A stretch of DNA of 64,000 nucleotides from the human T2T-CHM13v2.0 reference genome, Homo sapiens: assembly GCF_009914755.1 (NCBI RefSeq), contig NC_060927.1; one strand, written 5' to 3'. A program made the translations under genes and the position numbers. Within the stretch, counting starts at the first letter, position 1, and every line of letters begins with the position of its first letter. The notes under the pieces were generated by a model. The model was not told the origin of the DNA, did not search any database, and worked only from the letters and a program-made list of their open reading frames with translations. This document shows positions 13,601 through 25,119 of the stretch, one piece after another.

Positions 13601-14449
13601 TTTATAAATATGGATATTGATAGAGGATCCACTTATGTGAACCAGGTAGCTCTTTGTTTGGTATGAGGTGTCACTTTGAATTATTTCAACCTCAACTAGA
13701 ATTTGACTTGAGTCTTACTCAAAGCCTATGACATAAAATACTATTGAGAATCAACATTGTTTAATTTACTTGTTCTGTGTTTTTTAACCTGACCTCAGCT
13801 TCATTTATAGCTGAATAGTTTGTATAGGAACATGAAATATTATATTGTATTTATTATATTTAATAACATAATATAGTCTTCACTCAATATTTATCCTCAT
13901 TTGATTGGCATCCAAATGCCTAATAAATAATATGTCTAAGCTATTATTGCTATATCCCTGTTGTCATCCACAGTCCTTATCAACAAAAAAGCCTGGAAAA
14001 GACAAAAGATCCCATGGCCAGGAAAAGGGCATTCCATTAACCAGGAGAAGCACGAGATAAAGCTTAGTGAGATAGGTATGGGATAAAGGAAAGCCAAATC
14101 TTTCTTTTTGTCCAAGCACAGGGCTAAGACAGGAGGGTTCTAAATCAGCTGAAGCTAGGAAATCAGACAGATATCAAAGGGAGAGGATGATCAGTGGAGA
14201 GAGTGTAAGACCATCAATTTTATTGATGCCAAGGAATGGTGGTATGATACATGGTACTATCTGAAAAGGCACAGGATGGGGCGGACATAGACTCTGTTAT
14301 TCAAAAATTGTTTGGAAAAGAAACAGCCATACATAGGTTCTGAAAGAGCAAAGAGATGTTAAGATCTTTTCTAGATATCATTTATGAATAATTCCAGTCC
14401 CCAAGGCAGATGAAATAACTTTCCTGGGGTAGTCCTTCTGAAAGTCAAC

Positions 14450-14637
14450 TTGACACACTGAATACAGAGCATTAATTTCATGTGAGCAACTTACTAGCTG
14501 TGTGCCTCTGGGCAATTTTTCTTTAAACACTTTTTTGTTTCAGTTTTCCCATTTCCAAATGGAAATTGTAATAGTACATTACCCACAGTGTTGGAAATAA
14601 TAAATAAGTTAATATATGTAAGTACTTAAAACACTGT
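14450..14637 (+). mobile_element. MIR
   Basis: 'acttactagctgtgtgcctctgggcaa...tcagttttcccatttccaaatggaaattgtaatagtac'. Confidence 0.7.
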
Positions 14638-15344
14638 CATTATGGATTATATTTCCCAGGGCTTGGCTAAGGTAATGAGAAAGTGTTAAGAGTTGTAATG
14701 GTTTTTTTTTTTAGATGACAAGAGAGATTGAAATCTAGAAGTTCCACAAATATACATTTAATTCTCAAAACATGCCTATTCTGTTCTACTGTATACCATT
14801 GCAGGAAAGGTGGTAGGTGGAGGTGGCAAGAGGTGCTAAAAGCAGAATGGCATCTCTCCTAGTCCTGTGGTATTTGTATCCCCAAAGCCTGAAAGACGAA
14901 GAGGCCTAAATGAAAATAAGGCAGATCTCAAAATGAAGATTTTAAAAACTGAATGTGAATTGAAACTAACTCAAGTTACACACAGCTCAAACTCAGCTCT
15001 ATATCTAAAGGAATAAAAGGAACCAACCTCTCTCCTGGTTTCCTGACAGTGGAATGGGAATGCCCCATTTGGGGAAAAATAATATTAACTTTAGTCTCTA
15101 TTATGATTTCTATTTAAATCTAATTCTCAGAATACAACAAAAAGTCTGAAAATATGACACATAGGTAGGCAAAGGAAAAAAAATATGTAATATAAGCAGA
15201 GCCAGAGATTCTGATATTAAAATGAAAAAACAATGTATTAAAAATAAGTATTTAAATGTGGTCAAAATTATAGAAAAATGGACAAAAATGAATAAAATGA
15301 TGAAGAAATTTAGCAGAGAAGATATAAAATCCATATATAAAAAT

Positions 15345-15424
15345 TTATGTTGGTGCAAAAATAATTGTGGTTTTTACCATTACTTTTAATGGCAAGAACC
15401 ACAATTACTTTTGCACCAATCTAA
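15345..15424. mobile_element. MADE1, full length (80 bp)
   Basis: ttatgttggtgcaaaaataattgtggtttttaccattacttttaatggcaagaaccacaattacttttgcaccaatctaa, a near-palindromic match to the MADE1 consensus. Confidence 0.92.
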
Positions 15425-15489
15425 TATATATATATATAACATATATGAGAGAGTATATGTATAATATACATCATATATAAACATATAAG

Positions 15490-17640
15490 GGAAACTACAC
15501 AATTCTGATGAACTAAATCAAAGAAGGTCTAAATTAATAGAGAGATAGTTCATGAACCTGAATAGGAAGTCTTGATATTGTTAAGATGCTGCCTACTACC
15601 AAACTGATCTATAGATTCAATGCAATTCCAATCAAAATTTCAGCAAGTTCCCCTGTGGATATGGACAACCTGGTTTTAATGCTTACATGGAATGGTAAAA
15701 GACCCAGAATAGCCAACACAACTGTAAAGGAGATAAACAAAGTCAGATGACTGACACTATCCAACTTCAAGACAGACAATAAAATTACAAAGGGAGTGAG
15801 GTATTGATGAATAAATAGAGAAATAAATCAAAATAGCCTATAAGTTCACTCACATAAAGGTGGTCAACTGACCTTTGAAGAAAGAGCACAGGAAACTCAA
15901 TGAAGAACAGATAATATTTTCAACAAATGATGCTGGAAGAACTGGGTAGGAACATAGAAAAAAAAGAATCTAGACACAGACTTTATACTTTTCACAAAAA
16001 TTAATTAAAAATGGATCATAGACCTAAATATAAAATACAAAATCATAAAACTTCTAAAAGGTAACATAGAAGAAAATCTATATAAACTTAGGTTTAGTGA
16101 TGACATCTTAGGTACAACACTAAAAGCACAATTTATGAAAAAAGAAATTGGTAAGTTGTAGTTCATTAAAAGTAAAAACTTCTGCTCTGCAAAAAACACT
16201 ACTAAGAAAATGAAAAGACAAACCACACACTGCAAGAAAATATTTCCATTATATATATGATAAAGGATTGATATTCAACATATAGAAACTCTTAAAACTC
16301 AACAATAAGAAAGCAAACAACCTAACTGAAAAATGGGCAAAAAACCTGAGCAGACATGTCACCACAGAAAGCCACCACTTCTTACCTATTACTATGGCCA
16401 AAATCCAAAACATTGACAACATCGAATACTGGTGAGCATGTAGAATAACAGCAATGCTCAATCATTGTTGGTTGGAATGCAAAATGGTATAGCTACTTTG
16501 GAAGGCCATTTGGCATAACAAAAACTAGATATTCTCTTACCATAGGATCCAGCCATCATGCTCCCTGCTATTTACCCAAATGAGTTAAAAACCCTACAGC
16601 CATATAAAACTTGTACATGGATGTTTATAGCAACTTTATTCCATAATTGCTGAATCTTGGAAGCAATTATGATGGTCTTCAATGTAATAGGTAAATAGAT
16701 AAATAAACCATGGTACATCTAGACAATGGAATTTTTTTCAGCAATAAATGAAATGAGCTATCAATTCACAAAAAGACATGGAGAAATCTTAAATGCATAT
16801 GGCTAAGTGAAGAAAGCTGTATTAGTCCATTTTCATACTGCTAAAAAGAACTGCCCGAGACTGGGTAATGTACAAAGGAAAGAGTTTTAATTGACTCACA
16901 GTTCGGCATGGCTAGGGAGGCCTCAGGAAACTTTCAATAATGGCAGAAGGCAAAGGGAAAGCAAGGTACCTTCTTCACAAGGTGACAGGAAAGATGCTGA
17001 GCAAAGGGGGAAGAGCCCTTTATAAAACCTTTAGATTTGTGAGATCTCACTATCACAAGAAAAGCATTGAAGGAACCACCCCCATGATTCAACTACCTCC
17101 ACCTGGTCTCTCCCTTGACACATGAGGATTATGGGGATTACAATTCAATATGAGATTTCGGTGGGGACACAAAGTCAAACCATATCAGAAGCCAATTTGA
17201 AATGCTACATAGTACATAATTCCAGCTATACAAAATTTTGGAAAAGGCAAAACTAGAGAGATAATAAAAAAAATTTGTGGTTACCAGGGTTTCTGGGGAA
17301 GGAAGAAAGGAAGGAATGAACAGGTAAAACACAGAGGATTTTAGGTCAGTGACAATATTGTTAATGTTACTGTAATTGTGGATATATGTCACTTTACATT
17401 TGTCAAACCCATAGATTGTATAATACCAAGAGTGAACCCTAATGTAAACTACCGGACTCATGTTAGTAATGTGTTAATATTGGATCATTAATTGTTAACA
17501 GATTACCACAACAATGCAAAATATTATTAATAGGAAAACTGAGAAGGGAATTAATAAATTATATAAAAACTCAACTTGCTTTGCTTAATTTTTCTGTAAA
17601 TCTAAAACTTATATCTAAAGTAAAGTCTATTAATTAAAAA
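15490..17640 (+). mobile_element. L1MC (L1MC2-like) 3' fragment: ORF2 end plus 3'UTR, interrupted by a THE1 LTR
   Basis: 'aaactgatctatagattcaatgcaattccaatcaaaatt'; 3'UTR 'caaacccatagattgtataataccaagagtgaaccctaatgtaaact'; ends 'aaagtctattaattaaaaa'. Confidence 0.8.
16818..17187 (-). mobile_element. THE1 (THE1D-like) solo LTR
   Basis: tgtattagtcc ... aaaccatatca termini; 5-bp TSD aaagc/gaagc; the L1 3'UTR reads through across the insertion. Confidence 0.9.
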
Positions 17641-17644
17641 AGTA

Positions 17645-18265
17645 ATCAGTGCATAGAAATTCTACAGCAGAAAAATGCAACATCTGACGGTAAGGATTTG
17701 TTCAAAGTGTAGAATAGACAGAAGCAAAAAATAAAAAATAATTGATGAGCTCAAAAAAGTTTATTATTAACTATTTAAACTAAAGACTGATAGAAAAATT
17801 AGTGAAGAAGAAAATAGTATAACAGAATTGCTTCAAGTACTCTAGTACATTATTTACTGATGGGGAAGTTAATGAAATAAAAAGAAAATAATAGAGATTT
17901 ATTTCAAATGGCCAAATACATGATTAAGTGAATTGTGAGAAGATTAGAGAGAATGAAACAGAAGAAATATTTAAGGAAGTAATGACTGAGATTTTCCAAA
18001 ATTGGTGAAGAACATTGATCAACATATAAAAGAAGCTTAACAGATCCCAGCGAAAATAAATTAGTAGACAGTCCAACCTAGAACATAATAATCAAGCTAC
18101 CAAAAGCCAAAAATAAAATAAAATTCTGAAAAATAACCAGATTTAAAAATAAACAGCATAAATACAGTGGTATAATAACAACAACTGACTTCTCATCAGA
18201 AACCATGAAAACCAACCAATAAATTCACATTTTTTAAATGTTGAAAGAGTCCATGTAATTTTCCA
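17645..18265 (+). mobile_element. Old L1M ORF1-region fragment (continues the 15050-15340 fragment)
   Basis: 'gaagaaatatttaaggaagtaatgactgagattttccaaaattggtgaag', 'ctgacttctcatcagaaaccatg'. Confidence 0.6.
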
Positions 18266-18471
18266 TAGATTTAGTTTACTTTCTTTAACTGCTTTTAACT
18301 TTCTCAATAGGAAACATTGGAACATTTTTAATTTGTTTATCATTCCCCTATTGATGAATATTTGGTGTTCCTACACTTTTGCTAAAAATAGATAATATTT
18401 CTACAAAGTTTACTTTGTACCAGGCATTGGTCTAACTATTTTACATGTGTTACTATTTTATTCTCTCAACA

Positions 18472-18592
18472 AAAATTGGCCACGTGGGAGTTTCTACAGC
18501 ATGGAAATCAGCAAATGTAACAGATAATTTTTTTTTGTTGTTTTTTCTGCCCATGGAGAGCTAGTTGTTAAATACCAACTAGCACATCACTG
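18472..18592 (-). mobile_element. MER63-like hAT-Blackjack fragment
   Basis: 'ggagagctagttgttaaataccaactagcacatcactg' is the reverse complement of the MER63 terminus. Confidence 0.65.
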
Positions 18593-19594
18593 ATTATACA
18601 GTATTGTTGCAGAAGAAAATTCCAAACTGAAAACTCAATGGAGAAAACAACACTCACAATTTTCTATAATTAAAAATTCAAAGAAAATTTTACTTAGGCC
18701 AGTGATATAACTCCAAATTTGTATTAAATAGAATAACCAGGTATTTACTTTAATCCTAGGTACTTATATTTTAAATCTTGCTATTTATTATAACTGCTAA
18801 TGTCTAACAAGTTTTGTGAGACATATTTATATAAGGAATAAGAATAGACAGGCTGAACAACTCTTACTGATGTTAATCTACTAAGCAGCAATAAATGTAA
18901 ACTCCAAGAATTTGACCCATTTCATTTGTGTTGAATTTCCATATTTCTGTCTCCCCTCTTGGCACACAATGAAGAATAGAAATGAAAACTAAAATGAAAA
19001 GACGACTAATCTGTTAACAGTCTCTTTTTTCTTTGTTTTCCACATATATGAAAAGGAAAGATTAAAAATTAGCTCATTCACTATGCTGTATTTCTCATTC
19101 AGTAAAAGATAAATTGGTGCAATACAAAACAAACAAACAAATAAACAAAAAACCTCATTTGATGTCTTACTTCTTAGCTGCCTCCTGTAGCTTTACAGCT
19201 CATACCTCCATTCAAAATTATTTCATGCATCTCTTGGTTTGTCCCTTGCATTTGCATTTAGCCAGACATATTGGTGACAACAACAAAAAAGGCAGTAACA
19301 AATTGCTCACTAGTGAGGCTGGGTTTAGAGAGGCAGGGCTTAGTTAGCTTCAGACATAAGAAAACATTGCAACTCAATATATCTATTCCCGGAGTACGTT
19401 CCACTAAGCAAGGGATCCTCTCCATTACTTGGGTCCTTGAGAGGATTTTTGCTCCAAACACCAAGTTTAGTGCTAAGAAGGCCAATACATCCGGATTCTG
19501 AAAAAAAGCAAGTAAATTTATAGGGACAATTTACCCACATTCTTCATTTACTTTCCCACTCAGAAAGATAATACCATGTACTGGACCACCATGG

Positions 19595-19785
19595 ACTTTT
19601 GGCCCACAGAAGGCCAGACATCTAACACAAAGCTGCCACTTGCTATCTGCAAATCCTTTATCATCTCTGAGTATCGGTCATTTCTCTTATAAAATGGGAC
19701 CACAAGTCCTACTTCACAAGTTATTTGGGGATTAAATATAATGCATATTAAGCACTTGGCATATAAAACATGCTTAATGAACCAC
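19595..19785 (+). mobile_element. MIR
   Basis: 'tctcttataaaatgggaccacaagtcctacttcacaagttatttggggattaaatataatgcatattaagcacttggc'. Confidence 0.6.
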
Positions 19786-19964
19786 AGCTGTGTTGTTATA
19801 TTTGCTGTTGCCGTAAGTTATTGTAACAGAAAGAAAAAAAAAGAATTTTGTCATTGTTAAAATTTACACATTTTTGGTGATGGCCAGGCTTTAGTCCAGT
19901 ACAAATTACATATCAAGATTATCTTTGGAACTGGGAGGGGCCTGATGGATAACTTGTTTTTACT

Positions 19965-20155
19965 ATAGTTATTTTAAAGTTTTGGTGGCATAAGAACCTC
20001 TTGATATATTTGGTAAAAATTCAAGTTCCCATGTTCCAGTCACAGAACTTTTGATTCATTAGGTCTGAGATGGGAACTGAGAGTCTGCTTTGTAATCAAT
20101 AATCATGTGATTCTCATGTAGGGAATTTCAGAAATATATCTGGGGAAAATATTAA
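19965..20155. mobile_element. MER5-like hAT MITE
   Basis: 'ttgattcattaggtctgagatgggaactgagagtctgc'. Confidence 0.55.
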
Positions 20156-20460
20156 TTTGCCTTTACAATGGGCCATGTATTCTACATCTGTGATCTCATT
20201 TAATTTTTACAATAAACTTGTAAAAATTGAAAAGAATGAAACTGAAAGTTTTTAGATTCATTTAAATACATCCAAATAGAGTGTGTGTTTCAAATAATTG
20301 CTTAACCTGTTCATAGCAAGTCTGAAAAAAGCAGTATGAAGTTCACCAGACCAGTGGCACAAAATCACGTATCAACTTGTGTTTGCTCTAATCTGGGTCT
20401 TCTTGGACCGTATTATCCCCTAGGTTCTCAGAGATGAATCATCTTGCAGACAATGAAGCA

Positions 20461-20630
20461 CAGGACTGACTTCATGGACATATGACTTGCGCAGCCCTAC
20501 AGGACTCTGCACGAAGAAGGGACCTGTCTAATGCTCTTCTTTTGCCATCCTGAAATTCTCAATAATGTTTGAACAAGGGGTCCTAGAGTTTTATTTAGCT
20601 CAGGGATCCACGAATTATGTCACTAAATTT
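20461..20630. mobile_element. MER91A-like hAT-Tip100 MITE
   Basis: 'caggactgacttcatgg ... tgaaattctcaataatgtttgaacaagggg ... cgaattatgt'. Confidence 0.7.
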
Positions 20631-21484
20631 GTTGAGGTAACTTGGTTATATCGAGAAATTAAGTCACTAATATTGCAAATAAAACAACAGAGTCTCAGAT
20701 ATAGGCTTATTTGCTTAAAATTGGTATGTCCAAGATTTAAATAGAGGTTGATGATTCACAACTCCATGAGGCTTTTACTCTGCAAGAAATTACAAGAGTC
20801 ATCTGGAAAAGGTCTGCATCCAGGAGAGGTCTTCAGGCAGTTTAAGAATTAAAGATCCTCAACTAAGTAAGCAGGAAAGATCATTCTTTAAGTCACAGCA
20901 ACTTAACCAGGAGAAACATAACTAGCAAACCAGGCCCTCCTTCCTAACTTTATCGTACTCAAATCCTTCCTGTGGCAACTTTATGACCATTTCCCAAGGG
21001 TGCTGTCTCCGGAGAAATAGATATCAGACCATATTCTTTCCTTTGCAATCTATTCTAAAGTTAAAAAGATTAATTATTTTTGTTCTCTGCATATTTTGAT
21101 TAAAGCATAAAAATGTACTATTCCTTTTTATATGCTCCATTTTCCTCCTTTGTTTTACATTTGAACTTCAAAGCATATGCCAGCATAAACCCCATCTTTC
21201 TCTCCTTCCTTGTCATGAATGGCATTTCCCAAGGATGTTTTTAAAATACAGATAAGAAAGTGAAACAAGAGGAGTATGAAAAAAGGGGAAAGAAATGCTA
21301 AGTGAATAAAAACTGTTTTACCTTTTTTCCCCATTAGCTACATCTGAAAAAATAGTAGTTGGCCTTGTTTTATTTAAAAATATGACTAAGCAAACTCAGA
21401 GACACCTATAATGTTCAAGCCCTGAATATCTGTCACTACAAACCAGAAATATAGTACAGACAAAACAAGAGGCTAACACATATA

Positions 21485-21700
21485 GGACAGTGTGGCGAGG
21501 AATGAATAACCATACATTTTCAGGCAGGCAAAAATGGATTTGGTTCCTACATCAAGCATTTGAGAATTGTGCCACTTTGGGAAAGTTTTTATCTTCTCTC
21601 AGCCTCAATCTCTACATTTTTGAAACGGTAGTTTCATTAGGTACATCAAAGGGTGGATTCTAATTATAAATAAAAATGGATTGCAAGCAGACAGTGCAGT
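21485..21700 (+). mobile_element. MIR
   Basis: 'tgtgccactttgggaaagtttttatcttctctcagcctcaatc'. Confidence 0.55.
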
Positions 21701-21736
21701 GTTAATTCTCCTTCCTGTGAAGTGCTCTCTTGGACA

Positions 21737-21811
21737 TTTGCCATCACTCCATCTCTCACAACAGAAGCAACCAATGAAAGCTTCTGTTGTGAGAGCTGAA
21801 GTGATGGCAAA
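21737..21811. repeat. Inverted repeat: 32-bp arms, 2 mismatches, 11-nt loop
   Basis: tttgccatcactccatctctcacaacagaagc / gcttctgttgtgagagctgaagtgatggcaaa. Confidence 0.92.
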
Positions 21812-21927
21812 ATGAAGGAGGCAAGCAGAATTGAGAACAAGAGACCAATGTAGATGGGAAAACCATGAAAGATGGGAATTTAGGCTGGTCGCTAAATGAG
21901 AATGAGGCCAGAAGCAGGTAGGAAAAT

Positions 21928-21986
21928 CAGTAGGAACAACGCCAGTAGGAACAAATCAGTAGGAACAAAGCCAATAGGAACAAAGT
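21928..21986. repeat. Short minisatellite, 14-15-bp unit x4
   Basis: cagtaggaacaacgc cagtaggaacaaat cagtaggaacaaagc caataggaacaaagt. Confidence 0.85.
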
Positions 21987-22085
21987 CCCTATCTCTCACC
22001 TGTAAGGAGATCAAAGGCCTACGATGGGACAGTTAGAAAAGCAAGCGTTGCTTTCACTCCCATTCTTGGTAGTTTAGAGATTTCT

Positions 22086-22404
<319 letters not shown>

Positions 22405-22525
22405 CTATGTGCGCATTGTTTAATCACCAAGAGAAATATACATAGGAGAAATGGAGACAATCTAAAAGGAGAGTAGGGGTGGCTATGAAATTTAATGCCA
22501 TTCTTTCTAGAGACATTCTCCAAGA

Positions 22526-22722
22526 TAATGGTTCTTAACCTGTAGTATGCATCAGAATCCTGGGGGTGGGGGGTGCTCATTAAAACTGATGGAGGGGACC
22601 CACCCCCAGAGTTTCTTATTCAGTAGATAGATATAAAGTACAGCCTGAGAATGAACATTTCAAATAAGTTCCCAGGTAATGCTGATGCTGCTAGTCCAGG
22701 GATCACACTTTGAGAACCACTG
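22526..22722. mobile_element. MER5A
   Basis: 'aagttcccaggtaatgctgatgctgctagtccagggatcacactttgagaaccactg'. Confidence 0.85.
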
Positions 22723-25119
22723 CTTAAAGAGATTAGTGAAACTGCAATCAGAAGCAACCATAGAGATCCAAGATTAGCATATTGATACTATCTCATCTGC
22801 AAGTTTCCTGTCTTCAGTGTCCAGCTCCAGGTGCCATCAAATTGCCTTCAGAATTTACTGCTGGTCCCTAAAAATGCAGTCCTAAAGTTGGTATTAATTT
22901 TCCAAGTTTGAAATCTTTCTTTTTATGTCTTAGATGTTTGATTTTTTCCCACTTCAAAGTCCTATTTTGTTTTGCTTTCAGCAATCTTTGCTTAAAGAGA
23001 AAGGGGTAAAATCTTTACATGGGAATATAACCTTTTAAAAACCATTACAGAACACAGCTGAGCCTCTGAAAGGTGCATTAGGAGGACAGCTGTGGAGGAG
23101 GCATTTTGAGGAAATCTCTAAGCCTGCAATTTGAAGGCCCTTTTAACCACCTGCTGTGTCCCAAAGACTTCAGGCTTTCATCCTTACAGACAAAATGATG
23201 TTTCAGCCTTTTCCTTTGGTTGCCTAGAACTTCAATACACCAACACATGAAACTCATTGTGTGTGTGTGCATGTGTGTGTGTGTGTTTGTGTGTATGTAT
23301 CTAACTCCATTAAAGCTTTACTCAGTGCTAGCTCCACGTGGTCTGCTACTGATCGACATGAGGATGGTCAGTAAACCCTGACCATCTTCCAAAGAAATAG
23401 CAATCATGTGACATCAAGGATAAAGTAAAAGGGTGAAACCTGAAACAAGAAAGTGATATCCTGGATAAGACTTGGAATCCTGGCTGATATTTGCATCTCA
23501 ACCCAGTGGGTAAATATGGCAGGTTTATGTAAGCATTGTTTGCTTTGAGTTTGAGGCTATGTAGACATTCGGCTACATCAATATATGTTTCTAGGAGGAA
23601 AAAAATCATGAGTCAATTTTTGTGATTCCACCAGATAGAAATTAAAGTTCTGCAACAGGTCAGAAAAAGACATATTTTGGTCTTGCATGCCTGTCCTACA
23701 TCTTGCTTCCTATCAAATGGACAGAGGCATCCTCCTCTGATTCCTCAAAAGATTCTTCCTATAGCAAACAGGCAGATAAAAAGAGATACCAGCAACTCTC
23801 AACCAATATAAAAATAGCAAGGGCTTCCAAACTATTATTTCCTAGCCAGCTTTTCAAGACTATCAGAATGCTCTGTCCATACTCTGCAATTATTACAGGT
23901 AAATATGACATTTATATTATTTAGCAGCAAACATGACAGGGACACAAACCAATCAAAATAGATACTGATCATACACAGATAATGTGGGTGTCCTGGTGTA
24001 TATCGGCTGAATATCCACTGTGATTAAAAGGCATTCTCTTCATCATTATCTATCACTAATCTATCCTATGCTCATACATTTTGCAATATAGGTTCTAGGA
24101 TCAAGTTGTAGAGCTTAACACATATCCTTCTGCCTCCTCACCCTCTATCATTTAAAGCATGCCAAATTTGAAGTATAAATGCTTAAGACTCTCTAAGAGG
24201 TGGAATTGATGAGACACAGTTGATTGAGAAAATGGCCTGTAACAAACAGAACAGGACTGCTATGAAAAATGGAGTGAGAGGAAGGAGTAGCTCCATTGGT
24301 ACTTCAAGTCTTGAGATGACAGAGACCAGGAATAGGATATGAATAACTTGTAAGTAGTTCAGCAGATAGCCCACAGCTCCATGCTCCATGCTGGTTTCAA
24401 TCAACCAGGGCAGTGAGTTGGAGCGCTAAGGCCAGTGGAAGGACAGTGCCCTGTATAGATAATAAAGAAGGAAAAAACAACACTCAGGCCTAGAAGTAAG
24501 CTACATGTAGGTACCCATAAGAAGCATATCCTATCCCTCTTGCAAAATTTCTTAAGATAGGCCAAACCGCATACACAGGTAGGCAAAAGAATCTCAGAGA
24601 CAAAGATGAGCACATAACTAACACAACAAAAAAAGAAACAAACTCAACATGCTAGAATATATGGCAGAAAAAAACAAAGGTAAGAAGGAAATAAAAGGTG
24701 AGATTCATAAACTTAAAGGCATAAAAAATGGAAATGGCTCTTTAAACAATAAGCTGCTGTAAAACAGAAAAACACATACAACTTGAGAATAATAAAATTG
24801 AATCATCAAAAGAAAACTGGAAAGACAAATTTGAGCATAATCCCAGAATGCTTTTCAAAATAATGAGAAATTAGAAAAGAAAATAATTTAATATACAGAG
24901 AACAGATCCTGAAGTATACATATTTATTTAATAGTTAAATAAGAGTGCAAAGAAATAAAAGCAATAAGGGGATTAGAAGGGAAAGGATTCCCAAAGACAT
25001 GACAGAAATTTTTTCAGCATTGAAGAAAAACAAGTATTAATAATAAAAGGTCCTACAGAATGTAACAAGCAGTACAGTACAGTGACCCTTGAAAAAATTA
25101 AATACATGAGAATATATCC

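Noticed and set aside
19258-19540. Overlapping short ORFs with a few CpGs
   Set aside because: No recognisable protein similarity or convincing splice sites.
21928-21986. CRISPR-like appearance of short repeated units
   Set aside because: No unique spacers, units too short, eukaryotic context with no cas genes.
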